A stretch of 64,000 bases of DNA, taken from contig JAXLYR010000002.1 in the NCBI GenBank assembly GCA_046351325.1, positions 816,334 through 880,333 on the forward strand, given 5' to 3'. This DNA comes from Polyangiaceae bacterium (GTDB lineage Bacteria; Myxococcota_A; Polyangia; Polyangiales; Polyangiaceae). Of this stretch, positions 9,075 to 19,349 are shown piece after piece; position 1 is the first letter of the stretch, and each line of letters begins with the position of its first letter. A program made the position numbers and the translations under genes. The notes under the pieces were generated by a model, which saw nothing but the letters and a program-made list of their open reading frames with translations, was not told the origin of the DNA and did not search any database.

Positions 9075-9934
9075 GCGATCGAGCCTTCATCGCGAGACGC
9101 TCCGTCGTGGCCCTGCTCGGGGTCGCGAGCTGGATCGTCACGACGCCCGCGCGCGCGGACGTGCAGTCCTGCATCGACGCGCACGTCGAGGCGCAGCGCG
9201 CGCAGCGCGATCACAAGCTGCGCGCGGCGAAGGCTTCGCTCCTCAAGTGCGCCGCCGAAGAGTGCCCGACCGCCGTCGTCAGCGAGTGTTCGCACATGCT
9301 CGAGGACGTCGAGCGCGCGACCCCGACGTTGGTGTTCGAGGTGCGCGACGAGCGCGGAACCGAGGTCGTCGAGGCGAGCGTCTTCGACGGTGAGGAGCTC
9401 CTCACCGAGCGCATCGACGGCAAGGCCGTCGCGATCGATCCCGGCGAGCACACCTTCACCGCGAAGCTCGGGCCCGACAAAGAGATCACGACGGCGCCCG
9501 TCACGCTGGTCGTCCGCGAGGGCGAGCAGGCGCGCCTCGTCGTCCTCGGCAAGAAGGCGGAGGACAAGCCTGCAGCGAGCGGCGGAGGCCCGCACCCCGC
9601 GTTTTGGGCTGTGGGCGCGCTCGGGGTCGTCGGCCTCGGCTTGTTCGCGGGGCTCGGTGGGGCAGGGCTCGCGGCGCGCGCCGACCTCGATGAACAAAAT
9701 TGTAAGCCCAACTGCGACCCCGACGAGGTCGATCGGATCCGCGCGCTGTTCCTCGGGGCGGACATCTCGCTCGGCGTCGGCGCGGCCGCGCTCGTGACCG
9801 CGACGATCCTGTATTTCGCGCTCCCCGCCCCGTCGTCGACCGCGGCGGCCTCGGTGAGGGTGGGCCTCGACGTCGCGACGGCCGCGCTCGCGGGCGACGA
9901 CCGCGGGCTCGTCTTCGTGTCGGGCGCGTTCTGA
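9062..9934 (+). CDS. Secreted/membrane-anchored protein with a PEGA-like beta-sandwich segment (kinase-associated)
   Basis: Signal peptide (VVALLGVASWIVTTPARADV), a Cys-containing N-terminal region, the motif DGKAVAIDPGEHTFTAKLG (PEGA-like), and a C-terminal hydrophobic anchor. Overlaps the kinase 3' end by 13 nt. Confidence 0.6.
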   Translation: MPPLSDRAFIARRSVVALLGVASWIVTTPARADVQSCIDAHVEAQRAQRDHKLRAAKASLLKCAAEECPTAVVSECSHMLEDVERATPTLVFEVRDERGTEVVEASVFDGEELLTERIDGKAVAIDPGEHTFTAKLGPDKEITTAPVTLVVREGEQARLVVLGKKAEDKPAASGGGPHPAFWAVGALGVVGLGLFAGLGGAGLAARADLDEQNCKPNCDPDEVDRIRALFLGADISLGVGAAALVTATILYFALPAPSSTAAASVRVGLDVATAALAGDDRGLVFVSGAF

Positions 9935-9948
9935 CGGTGAAACGTCAG
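9931..9948. terminator. Short hairpin (CTGACG-gtgaaa-CGTCAG) spanning the stop codons of convergent genes
   Basis: Perfect 6-bp inverted repeat with a 6-nt loop. No U-tract follows, so this is a weak bidirectional terminator candidate. Confidence 0.25.
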
Positions 9949-11021
9949 AGATAACGCAGCCGGGGCGCGAGCTCGTCGAGCGGCGCGACCTCTTCGATCG
10001 CGCCCGCGTCGATGGCGGCCTTCGGCATGCCGAAGATCACGCTCGTCGTCTCGTCCTGCGCGAGCGTGCGTCCGTCCGCGCGGCGGATCGCGAGCGCACC
10101 TTGCGCGCCATCGCGGCCCATCCCGGTCATGACGATCGCGCAAGCGCGTCGACCGTAGACCTTGGCCGCGGAGGTCATCGTGAGGTCGGCGGCAGGCCTG
10201 CAGCCGTGCACGAGCGGACCGTCGTGCAGCACGACGAGCCCGCGATCATCGAACTCGAGGTGTCGATCGCCGGGCGCGATGAGCACGAGCCCAGGGCGTG
10301 GGCGATCGCCGGCGCGAGCCTCGCGCACGCGCACGAGCGACTCGGCGTCGAGGCGCTCGGCGAGCGAGCTCGTGAAATGTTCGGGCATGTGCTGGACGAC
10401 GACGACGGCGTGGCGTGTGTCGGCGGGCAAGGCAGGGATGAGCCGCGAGAGCGCAGCGGGACCGCCGGTCGAAACCGCGACGACGCAGAGCTTCGAGAGG
10501 ACGGCGGTGGCTGCGGGCTCCGGAGCGCGTCGGTTCGGTGTGCTGTCGGGCGCCGGCGTCTTCTGCGGGCGCGAGGTGCCCGCGCGCTGCATCGATCGGG
10601 GGCGCGACGACGCGGCCGCGACCAGCTTCTGCGTGAGCTCGTCCTGGACGCGGCTGAGATCGGCGGAGACCTCGCCGGCAGGCTTCGTCACGAAGTCGAC
10701 CGCGCCCGCGCCGAGCGCGTCGAAGGTCTCGCGCGCGCCCTTCTGCGTGTGCGCCGAGAACATCACCACGGGGGTCGGCTTCACGCGCATGATCTCGCGA
10801 ACGGCGTCGGCGCCGGTCTGCCCCGGCATGTTGAAGTCCATCGTCACGACGTCGGGTGTGAGGGCCTGCACCTTCGCGAGCGCGTCGGCGCCGTCGCGCG
10901 CTTGCCCCACGACTTCGAAGCGACCCGTCGCGGTCAGCGTCCTCGCGATCGCGGCGCGCATGAAGCTCGAGTCGTCCACGACGAGGACGCGGATGCGCTG
11001 CGTTTTGTCTCCGACGGTCAT
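9945..11021 (-). CDS. cheB: Chemotaxis response regulator protein-glutamate methylesterase CheB (REC + methylesterase)
   Basis: N-terminal receiver (RVLVVDDSSFMR...TMDFNMPGQTG) and methylesterase domain (AVSTGGPAAL, HMPEHFT, IVMTGMGRDG). The start ATG overlaps the upstream gene's stop (ATGA). Confidence 0.85.
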   Translation of the reverse strand: MTVGDKTQRIRVLVVDDSSFMRAAIARTLTATGRFEVVGQARDGADALAKVQALTPDVVTMDFNMPGQTGADAVREIMRVKPTPVVMFSAHTQKGARETFDALGAGAVDFVTKPAGEVSADLSRVQDELTQKLVAAASSRPRSMQRAGTSRPQKTPAPDSTPNRRAPEPAATAVLSKLCVVAVSTGGPAALSRLIPALPADTRHAVVVVQHMPEHFTSSLAERLDAESLVRVREARAGDRPRPGLVLIAPGDRHLEFDDRGLVVLHDGPLVHGCRPAADLTMTSAAKVYGRRACAIVMTGMGRDGAQGALAIRRADGRTLAQDETTSVIFGMPKAAIDAGAIEEVAPLDELAPRLRYL

Positions 11022-12793
11022 GCGACGTCTCCCTCGTCTCCCTCGCGGCGCGCGGCGATCGATCTCACCACGTAGCCCGTCACGGGCTCGCTCACACCCT
11101 TCAGCTCGAGCCCGACCGCGGCCTCGACCTCGACGAGCTCACCGAGCGCGTCGCGCGTCGATTGGCTCACGAGCACGCCCCCGATGGGGCATTTCGACTC
11201 GTAGCGGTTCGCGCGGTTCACGGTGTCGCCGATCACGGTGAAGTCGCGCCGCACGAACCGCGAGCCGAGGTCGCCGCGCACGAGCGGGCCGGTGTTGATG
11301 CCGATGCGCATGCGCAGCTTGATCTCGCGGCCCTCGTTGAAGGGGGCCATCGCGGACTGCATCGCGAGCGCCGCGCGCACCGCGCGCTCGGGCGGGGGAG
11401 GGGCGCCACGCACCTCGTCGAAGACCGCCATGATCGCGTCGCCGATGAACTTGTCGATGTCGCCGCCGTTGTCCTTCACGATCGGGCACATCGCGTCGAA
11501 GTAGGCGTTCAAGAGCTCGATCACCGCGCGGGGCGCGAGCCGCTCGGACATCGACGTGAAGCCCGCGAGGTCGGAGAAGAGCACGCTCATCGTGCGCTCT
11601 TCGGCGCGCACGGAGTGGAGGGCGCCCGCGGCCGCGCGCTCCTCGGCGGCGCGCCGCGCGCCGTCCGAGATGTAGAGCGAGCTCGCCTCTTTGTAGGAGG
11701 CGAGCCGTCGCTCGGCGAGCGTGCGCTCGACGATCGCCACGCATTTGTCTTGGGCAAACGGCTTGACCAAATACGCCGACGCGCCGGCCGCGCGGAGCTG
11801 CGCCATGTCGCGCTTCGAGTCGCGCGCGGTCAGCATGATGACAGGGATGTTCCTGAGCTCGGGATCACGGCGGAGCGCGTGAACGAGCTCGAAGCCGCTC
11901 ATCACCGGCATCTCGTAGTCGGACACGACCAGCGCGGGCCGGACGATGCGCGCGCGCTCGAGCGCGACCGCGCCGTCCTGCGCCGTCACGACCTCGAAGC
12001 CCTGCCGCGACAAGCAGTCCGCGACGAAGTGTCGCTGCGCCGGCGAGTCGTCGACGACGAGGATGCGCTCGCGCGAGCAAGGCAGCGAGCCCGCGATGAG
12101 GACGTGCACGCGGGTCGAGAGCTCCTCGAGGACGACGGGTTTGACGAGGTAGTCGTCGGCGCCGGCGTCGAAGCCGCGCTCGAGATCCGCGGCCTCGCCG
12201 AGCGTCGAGCAGATGAGCACCGGGACGTGCGCGCTCTCGCTGCGGGCCTTGATGGCGCGGCAGAGCTCGTAGCCATCCATGATGGGCATCTCGACGTCCG
12301 TGATGACGAGATCGACTCGCTGGGACTCGACGACCTTGAGGCCCTCGGCGCCGTCGCGCGCGGAGACGACGGAGAAGCCCTGCTCCTCGAGCATCGGGAC
12401 GGTGTGCCGATGAATCAGCGGCGAGTCATCGACGAGGAGGACGACCTTCTGCGTCGAGGTCGCGACGCCGACTGCATCCACGACCTCGGCGTCGGTGAAC
12501 GGCGCGAGCAGAAAGGAGTCGGCGCCGACCGAGCGCGCGAGCTCTCGGTCGCGGGCCTCGACGCCGAGCAGGACGAGCGACGCCGAGGTCCCGCGAAGCA
12601 TCGCGAAGGCCTGATCGATCGAGGCGTCCGGCAGGCGACGCGGCAGCACGATCGCGCTCGGCGTGAGCTCGCTCAGGCGAGCAGCGACCTCGCTCGCGGT
12701 CTTCACCGCGACCACGTGGTGACCGAGCGGCTCGAGCGGTCGCTTGAAGAACCCGAAGAGGAGCGGGCTCTCGGTGACGACGACGACGTTCAT
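11018..12793 (-). CDS. Multi-receiver response regulator (one degenerate REC plus two canonical REC domains) fused to a class III adenylate/guanylate cyclase domain
   Basis: The protein starts at ATG 12793 (MNVVVVTESPLL). Canonical receivers are VLLVDDSP...DVEMPIMDGYEL and ILVVDDSP...DYEMPVMSGFEL. The cyclase core is VLFSDLAGFTSMSE...GDAIMAVF...IGINTGPLVRGDLGS. The 1084-aa ORF in the track is a read-through: its N-terminal ~490 aa are out-of-frame CheA sequence. Confidence 0.85.
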   Translation of the reverse strand: MNVVVVTESPLLFGFFKRPLEPLGHHVVAVKTASEVAARLSELTPSAIVLPRRLPDASIDQAFAMLRGTSASLVLLGVEARDRELARSVGADSFLLAPFTDAEVVDAVGVATSTQKVVLLVDDSPLIHRHTVPMLEEQGFSVVSARDGAEGLKVVESQRVDLVITDVEMPIMDGYELCRAIKARSESAHVPVLICSTLGEAADLERGFDAGADDYLVKPVVLEELSTRVHVLIAGSLPCSRERILVVDDSPAQRHFVADCLSRQGFEVVTAQDGAVALERARIVRPALVVSDYEMPVMSGFELVHALRRDPELRNIPVIMLTARDSKRDMAQLRAAGASAYLVKPFAQDKCVAIVERTLAERRLASYKEASSLYISDGARRAAEERAAAGALHSVRAEERTMSVLFSDLAGFTSMSERLAPRAVIELLNAYFDAMCPIVKDNGGDIDKFIGDAIMAVFDEVRGAPPPPERAVRAALAMQSAMAPFNEGREIKLRMRIGINTGPLVRGDLGSRFVRRDFTVIGDTVNRANRYESKCPIGGVLVSQSTRDALGELVEVEAAVGLELKGVSEPVTGYVVRSIAARREGDEGDVA

Positions 12794-15058
12794 CGGTCGG
12801 GCTCCTCCTCGGCGTGTGGGCTCGACTGCGGGTGCGCGGGCCCGTGACCGTGATGTCCCGCGAGCAGCCGCTCGACCGCGCGCAGGAGCTCCTGCCGATC
12901 GTGCGGCTTCGTGATGTAGTCGTCGACGCCCGCGTCGAAGCCGCGCACGCGATCGATGCGCTCGCCGCGGCTCGTCACCATCACGATGGGCGTGTCGCGG
13001 TACGAGCTCATCGCGCGGAGGGCGCGCGTCAGCTCGTAGCCGTCCATGTGCGGCATCATCACGTCGGTCGAGACGAGGTCGAACGACTGCTGCTTGCAGA
13101 GCTCGAGTCCGATCGCGCCGTCTTCGGCCGTCGTCACCTCGAAGCCTGCGTCGGTGAACAGCCTGCGCAGGGACTCGCGCACGGTGTCCGAGTCGTCGAC
13201 GACGAGGAGCGAACCTCGCCGCCCTGGCCCGCGCGCGCGCTTCACCGCGCGGGCGCCGACGGGCCGCGAGAGCGCTCGCTGGATCACCGCAGGCACGTCG
13301 AGGATGAGCGCGCAGCGGTCGCCGAGCAGCGTCGCGCCCGACGCGCACGGGACGGCGGAGAGGAGCTGCCCGAGCGACTTGATCACGATCTCGCGCTTGG
13401 CGAGGAGCGCGTCGCAAGAGAGCGCGTAGAGCGCGCCGCTCGACTCCGTGAGGACCACGTGGAGCGCTTCGTCGCTGTCGGTGCCGTCGAGCTCGAGCGC
13501 GCGCGCGAGCCGCACGAGGGGCACGCTGCGCCCCTCGACGACGAGGGCCTCGCGGTCGCCGATCATCGCGACCTCCGAGGGCTGCACGACCAGCGTCCGC
13601 TCGACCGAGTCGAGCGGTATCGCGAAGACCTCGCCGCTCACCCGCGCGAGGATCACCTGGATGATCGCGAGCGTGAGCGGCAGCCTCAGCGTGAAGGTGC
13701 TGCCGCGGCCGGGCGCGCTGTCGATGTCGATCGTCCCCTTCAGCTTCGTCACGATCGTCTGGCGCACGATTGGTCCATTCCGACGCTGCGTCCTGACACG
13801 TCTGTAACCTTGCGGCCGTCGAGAACCCGGGCTTGAAGATGAGGTCGAGCATCGCGCGCGTATCCATCGCGGCGACCTCGCCGAGAGACGAGCCCGCGCG
13901 CTCGATCGCCTTCTCGGCGAGCCGCGCGGCGTCCATCCCGCGCCCATCGTCGGTCACGCGGATGACCACCTGGTTGCCGGCGGGTGCGAGCCTCGAGGCG
14001 CAGGACGGCCTCGGCGGGCTTGCCCGCGCGCTCGCGGCTCTTCGATCTTCGACGCCGTGATCGACGGCGTTGCGGCCGAGGTGCAGGAGCGGCTCGTCGA
14101 GGGCCTCATTGCGAGTCGGTCGAGCTCGGTGTCCTCTCCTCGATCCTCGAGGCGGGCCGATTTGCCGAGCGTCTGGCAGAGATCGCGCACGGTGCGCTGG
14201 TGCTTCCGAAAGATGCCGCCGATCGGGACCATCCGCAGGCGCATCACCTGCTCGCGGAGCTCGCTCGATCACCGAGGTAGCCCGTCGACGCGGCCGAGGT
14301 CGTCCGCGATGGACCCGAGCACGCGCTCGATTCGCCGAGATCTTCGGCGAAGTCGAGCAGGGGTCGAGGGTCGTTGAGGCCGCGCCCGCTCAGGCCCGCG
14401 GCGCGGCCATGCGCTGGAGAGCCTCGCTCGCGGCGAGGCGTCGCGCGAAGCCGCGGGTCGGCCGAGAGCTCGGTCGTGATCGAGGCGAGCACCCGGAAGG
14501 CGCTGCGCAGCCTGTCGCGACCGAGCACGAGCTCCCGACCAGGTTGAGCAGCCGATCGAGCTTGTCGAAGTCGACGCGGATCGTCTCGCCGCGCGGCGTG
14601 GGCCGCGCCGTGTGGGGCGTGCTCTTCGGCGGCCGGCGCGCCGGCGCCGACCTTCACCGGCTGGGCCGCGGGTTGATGAGGAGCGCTCGCGGTGAGCGGG
14701 CGCCGCGCCCGGGTTGCGCAGCGCTTGAGCACGCGCGCCGCGTCGATCGAGGACGCGCGCGACCTGGCTTCGTCGAGCATGGCGCGCAGGGCGTCGAGCG
14801 CGGCGAGCAGCGCGTCGACGACCGAGCTGTCGACGGCGGCGTCCCGTCGCGCAGCTGGCCGACCAAGTCCTCGGCGGCGTGCGCGAGCCGGTTCACCGGC
14901 TCGAGGCCCACCATCGCGGAGCTTCCTTTTACGGTGTGCAAGTCACGGAAGAGGTCGCGCAGGAGCTCCGCGTCGCCGGCCGCGCGCTCGATCGCGAGGA
15001 GCTTCTGTGAGACGCCCTCGACCCGCTCGGTGGCCTCGTCGAAGAAGAGGTCGATCAT
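12790..15058 (-). pseudogene. cheA: CheA-CheY hybrid histidine kinase (FrzE-like: Hpt, dimerisation, HATPase, CheW-like and REC domains). The reading frame is interrupted at least 6 times.
   Basis: The Hpt domain starts at ATG 15058 (MIDLFFDEATERVEGVSQKLLAIERAAGDAELLRDLFRDLHTVKGSSAMVG). P1 continues in another frame after ...GQLRDG, at a GGG run near 14835. The P3 segment GRELVLGRDRL lies in the 14244..14780 frame. MMRLRMVPIGGIFRKHQRTVRDLCQTLGK...GEDTELDR lies in the 13954..14247 frame. LLHLGRNAVDHGVED...NQVVIRVTDDGRGMD...LIFKPGFST lies in the 14272 frame, with a compensating -1/+1 pair near 14030-14090. The C-terminal 385 aa (HATPase end IVTKLKGTIDIDSAPGRGSTFTLRLPLTLAI, CheW-like, REC) are intact in 12790..13947. 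Confidence 0.6.
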
Positions 15059-15899
15059 GTCGTCGTCGACCGTTGGAGCCCAAACGAATCCGGGCTTGGG
15101 CTCGCGCTCCTCGGTGGCGGGCGTCGGCGCTGCGCGATCGGGGGCCGCGCGCGGCGGAGGAGGCGGCGGACGCGTCGACGAGCGCGCCGTGACCGGGCTC
15201 GGTGATGTGGCCCTGTGGCGACCCTCGAGTTCGGCGCGCGCCCTCGAGGTCGAGCTCCTCGACGCGCGCGCCCGAGCGGTCCGGGTTCGCGAGCTGCTCG
15301 ATTGCTGCGACGAGGACCGCGACGCCGTTCTCGAGGTGAGGGGAGCGCTCGCCCTCGACCGTCCGCTCGATCGCGAGCGCGAGCCGGCCCACGTCCTCCG
15401 CGCCGACGAGCAGGCCGAGAGCCCGATCTGGAAACGCGCCGCGCCCGCGAGGTCGCGCGCCGACAAGCCGGCCAGTTGTTCGCGAGCGTCGCTGCGTCGG
15501 CGCGCGCCGCGGCGATGTACTCGGCCCACATCTCGACGCCGCCGCTCACGGTCACGGTGCCTCCGTGGCGAAGCGATGGCGCCGCAGCCATCGCGTCGTG
15601 GCCGGGCCGCGTCGCGACGAGGTGAACGACGACCCCGGCGGCGCGCGCCGTCGTGAGGAGCCGGCGCAGGGCGGTCGCGTCGTCGTCGCTCGCGAAATCG
15701 ACCGCGTCGAGATCGATCGTCAGCTCCTCGAGCGTGCGCTCGCCGAGCGCCCGAGAGATCGTCGCCGCGAAGTCGTTCGACGCGGGGGCGATGCGCAGCG
15801 CGCGCATGTCGCGCTTCGTGGGTGAGCTCCGCTCTGTTCGAGAAGGTGGTGACGGCTCGGCCTTCGCGTCGCTGGTCGTCGGCGGCGCGGCGGTGATCG

Positions 15900-16761
15900 A
15901 GCGCGGCGGCAGCGTCGCGCGCGGCGCCCGCGCGGAGGGCGCGCTGGCGAGGACGGTGTCGAAGCTGAACCGCCAGGCTTTCCCATGTGATCTGCTCGCC
16001 GTGTCGGACCGGCGCAGCCCGTCGATCGTGTCGCGCAGCGTCTCCGAGTAGCCGACGAACAAGGCCGCCGGGCTCGAGCGAGGTGACGAGCTTGTCGAGC
16101 ACGCGCGCGAGCGGGTCGCCGCGTCGAAGTAGATGAGCACGTTGCGGCACCACAAGCACGAGGTGAAAGCCTCGCGGTTGCTCGGTCGTGCTGTGTTCTG
16201 CTGTTCCGGAAGCGCACGAGCGCGCGGAGCTCGGGCGACGCGCACGAGCTTGCCCTCGCGAACGAAGCCGCCTGCGTAGTCCTCGGGCACGTTGCCGAGG
16301 ACGGTCTCGGGGTACGTCGCGCGCTCGGCGAACGCGAGGGGCCTTCGGCGCTCACGTCGGTGCCGAGGATCGAAGGGCTGAACGTGGACGCGGAGCGCGC
16401 GGGCGAGGACGAGCGCGAGCGTGTAGACCCTCAGCCGCCGCGCAGCTTTCCAGGCCCAAATGCGTGGAGCGCGCTCCTGACGCGCACGCCACGCGGGGAT
16501 GACGACGTCGACGAGCGCTTGGACCTGCGGCGCGTGTCGAAAGAAGCGCGTCTCGCCGACGCGGACAGCCTCGACCAGGCCCGCGAGCCGGCTGCGCCGC
16601 GCGGCGGATCCGAGAAGCGCCGCGTAAGCGTCCTGCGAGAGCGAGAGCGCCCGCATGCGCTCCTCGGCGCGAGCCTCGAGCACCCACGCGGGCATCTCGA
16701 GACCCGCGTGCGAGCGGAGCTTGCGCTCGAGCGTGGCGAGCACCGCGGGCGAGAGAGCCAT
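15900..16761 (-). pseudogene. cheR: CheR-like protein-glutamate O-methyltransferase with multiple frame changes. The 3' boundary is approximate.
   Basis: From ATG 16761: MALSPAVLATLERK...GETRFFRHAPQVQALVDVVIPAW...RIW...VYTLALVLA...CRNVLIYFD...LFVGYSE. The CheR-like segments ILGTDVSAE and PELRALVRFRN are only readable in the +1 frame. That implies at least 4 frame switches within ~350 bp. Confidence 0.5.
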
Positions 16762-16767
16762 CGGCGC

Positions 16768-18784
16768 TCAGCCCTGCGTGTCGCCGCCGCTCCGCGGTCG
16801 CAAGAGGGCCTTCGGGCTCGACGTCTTCCTCTCTCGGAGCGATTTCACTGGCGGCTCGTAGGGGTCGGGCCGCTTCTGCCCGTCGAGGTTGAAGCCGCCG
16901 ATCGACTCCTGTTGGAAGGCGAGCTTCCGTGCAGGCGCTCGACTGCGAGACGGACTCCTCCGAGCCTCGAGAGCACCTCGGTCGCGTCCGACGGCGTCCA
17001 TGTTGCGCGCGATCTCGTCCGACACGACGGCTTGCTCTTGGACCGCGCGCGCCGTGTCGCGCACGACGCCGATCAACCTGCCGAGATCGCCGAGCGTGTT
17101 CGAGACGAGCTGCGTCCCCGTGTCGACCTCGGTGGTGCCGCGATCCATCGACGCGACCGCGGCCGTCGTCTGCTCCTTGATGGTCTGGATGAGGCCCTCG
17201 ATGTCTCGCGCTTCCGACCCGTGCGCCTCGCGAGCGACGAGACCTCGTCCGCGACGACCGCGAACCCGCGGCCGTGCTCGCCTATTTGCGCCGCTTGATC
17301 GCAGCGTTCAGCGCGAGGAGCGACGTCTGCTCGCTGATCTGCCGGATGACCTCGACGATGTTGCCGATGCGTCGAGCTCTCGCCGAGATCATGCATCTTC
17401 TCCGCGGCGTCCTCGACCGCGGTGCGGATCTGCCCATGCGCGCGACGGCGTTCGTCACCGAGACGTTCGACTTCTCCGCGACGTCGGTCGCTTGCGCTGC
17501 GTTCTCGGCGACCTGCTGGATGGACGCGCTGAGCTCGGTGATCGCTGCGGTCGAGCTCTCGACCTTGATGGTCTGATCCTTGATGCCCGACAGCATCTGC
17601 TTCGACGCGGCGCTGATCTCGGAGCTCGAGGCGCCGACGTGGAACGCTGCTTCGCGCACGTTCGACGCGAGCGCGAGCAGGCGATCGAAGACGCGGTTGA
17701 TGTTCGCCGCGAGGTCCGCGGTCTCGTCGCGGCTCGTCACGCTGAGCCGCTGCGTGAGATCGGTGTCTCCCTCGAGCAGGCGCTGAGATTGGTCGACGAA
17801 GCGCTTGATCGGGCGCGTGATCCAGAAGGCCATCGCGAGCGCGACGACGACGGAGAGCCCGATCCCCACGAAGATCTCGGTCCAGGGGATCTTGTTGCCC
17901 TCGTCCGCGGCGGTGCGCGCGCGCGTCAGGTAGATCTTGCCGATCGTGGTCTTCTCGAGGCCCTTATAGCCCTCGAGATCCTCCGTGTAGAAATCGAGAT
18001 CGGTCGCGCCCACCTTGAGGGTCTCGCGCGGCTGATCGTTCACGACCACCTTGACGACCTTCTCGGGTTGCAGCGATTTACCGAGCGCGGACCACTCCGA
18101 CTCGGGGAACCCCGAGGCCAGGACGTCGCTCCCTCGCAAGACGGTTGGCCGGATCCTGCGCTCGGCGACGTCGTCGCTCTGCTCGGAGTATTCGGTGTAG
18201 TAGCGCCCGACGCGGACCCCCGCGACGATCCCTCCGAGGACGTCGCCGTCCGCCGAGCTCCGCACCGGCACGCCCGAGACTTGGTAAGGCAGGTTGTCGA
18301 TCAGCGTGACGCGGTGGGCGAACACGCTGCCGTCGCGCACCCGCTCGGCTGCCGCGAGATCGGAGAGATCGTCCTTCTTGATCGGGCACCCTGGTGAGGC
18401 CCACAAGAGCTCGTTCTTCGCGTTGAAGATGAGGAAGAAGTCAGGGCCGACGCCGTTCTTCGACGAGAGCTTCCCGAAGATGCTCTCACCGACTCCGCTC
18501 ATCGACTCGGGGTCCTCTCCCGTTCCGACGGGCGCCGAGCCTCGCCCGAGCAAGCGTCGGAGCCGCGGATCCTCGGCGACGATCTCGAGGACGCCGGTCA
18601 TGCCGCGACCCGCTCGGTCCTCGTAGCCCTGGTAGCGTCGCAGGTGCTTTGCGAGGAAATTGCCTTGCATTTGCACCGCCGAACCTTGCTTCAGCACGAA
18701 CGTGCCGCCCACGATGAGCAGCGCCGCGAGCGTCAGACACCCGAGCAAGAACTTCACGAACATCGGGAAACGCAGCGTCTTCAT
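16768..18784 (-). pseudogene. Methyl-accepting chemotaxis protein (2 TM, HAMP, signalling domain). The signalling domain is split over at least 3 frames.
   Basis: The ORF 17282..18784 encodes a TM helix, a periplasmic domain, a second TM, HAMP and methylation helices, then ends ...TSLLALNAAIKRRK*. The conserved continuation QAAQIGEHGRGFAVVADEVSSLARRT is in another frame (ORF 17073..17396). The distal signalling helices MDRGTTEVDTGTQLV...AVQEQAVVSDEIARNMDAV are in a third frame (16768..17148). The first frame break falls inside the LLALNAAIEAARAGE motif. Confidence 0.6.
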
Positions 18785-18800
18785 CCGGGCGGACCCTTCG

Positions 18801-19334
18801 TCAGGTCGAGGGAGCTGTCGCGAGCGCGCGCAGTCGTTCGGAGCCGAGCAAACCTGCGGGGTCGAGGATACGCACCACGCCCGCTTGCGTCGAAGAGACC
18901 CCGCGCAGCACCGAGAGCTGCTCGGGGGAGAGTGTCGGAGGCGGCGCGGTGATCGCTTCGGGGGCGACGACCCGCAGCTCGGAGAGCGCGTCGGCGAGCA
19001 CGCCGAGGACCTTGCCCTCCCAAGCGAGCACCACGAGGCGACTCTCTGCGGTCACCACGGTCGGACCCATCCCGAGCCACGGCGCGAGATCGATCGCGGG
19101 GACGATCTCGCCGCGCAAGCTGAAGATCCCGACGAGCCACGGCGGCGTGAGGAACACGTGCGTGATGGGCCGCATGCGAATCGTCTCGCGCACCGCGGCG
19201 ATCGGCACGCCGATCTCTTGTTCACGGAGAAAGAAGCACACGAGCCGCAGCGCTTCGCTGTCGTTCGTGCTCAACGCTCTCTCCTCGGGCGCACGCGTCC
19301 GAAGAGGAGACACCGGCCGCTCGCGCCGAAGCAA
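18801..19334 (-). CDS. cheW: CheW-like coupling protein
   Basis: CheW domain ALRLVCFFLREQEIGVPIAAVRETIRMRPITHVFLTPPWLVGIFSLRGEIVPAIDL, intact in a single frame. It lies 17 nt upstream of the MCP gene. Confidence 0.8.
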   Translation of the reverse strand: MLRRERPVSPLRTRAPEERALSTNDSEALRLVCFFLREQEIGVPIAAVRETIRMRPITHVFLTPPWLVGIFSLRGEIVPAIDLAPWLGMGPTVVTAESRLVVLAWEGKVLGVLADALSELRVVAPEAITAPPPTLSPEQLSVLRGVSSTQAGVVRILDPAGLLGSERLRALATAPST

Positions 19335-19349
19335 GCGCGAAGCGACGGA

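Noticed and set aside
11162-12847. 561-aa plus-strand ORF and the ORFs 12814..13836(+) and 14070..15656(+)
   Set aside because: They are antisense to the receiver/cyclase and CheA coding sequences. Composition is Arg/Asp/Glu-rich with no domains.
11018-14272. Single 1084-aa protein predicted for ORF 11018..14272
   Set aside because: Only the last 591 codons (from ATG 12793) form the REC-REC-REC-cyclase protein. The upstream part is read-through across the CheA gene and contains a CheA HATPase fragment in this frame, so it is not one gene.
15055-16761. 568-aa ORF 15055..16761 as one intact protein
   Set aside because: Only the first ~290 codons are CheR-like, and even those need frame switches. 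Codons ~319-430 may be a separate small STAS-like ORF. The remaining ~125 codons are Arg/Gly-rich nonsense overlapping the CheA Hpt region.
16889-18397. 502-aa plus-strand ORF opposite the MCP gene
   Set aside because: It is antisense to a gene with TM/HAMP/MCP-signal motifs. It is low-complexity Arg/Asp/Glu-rich.
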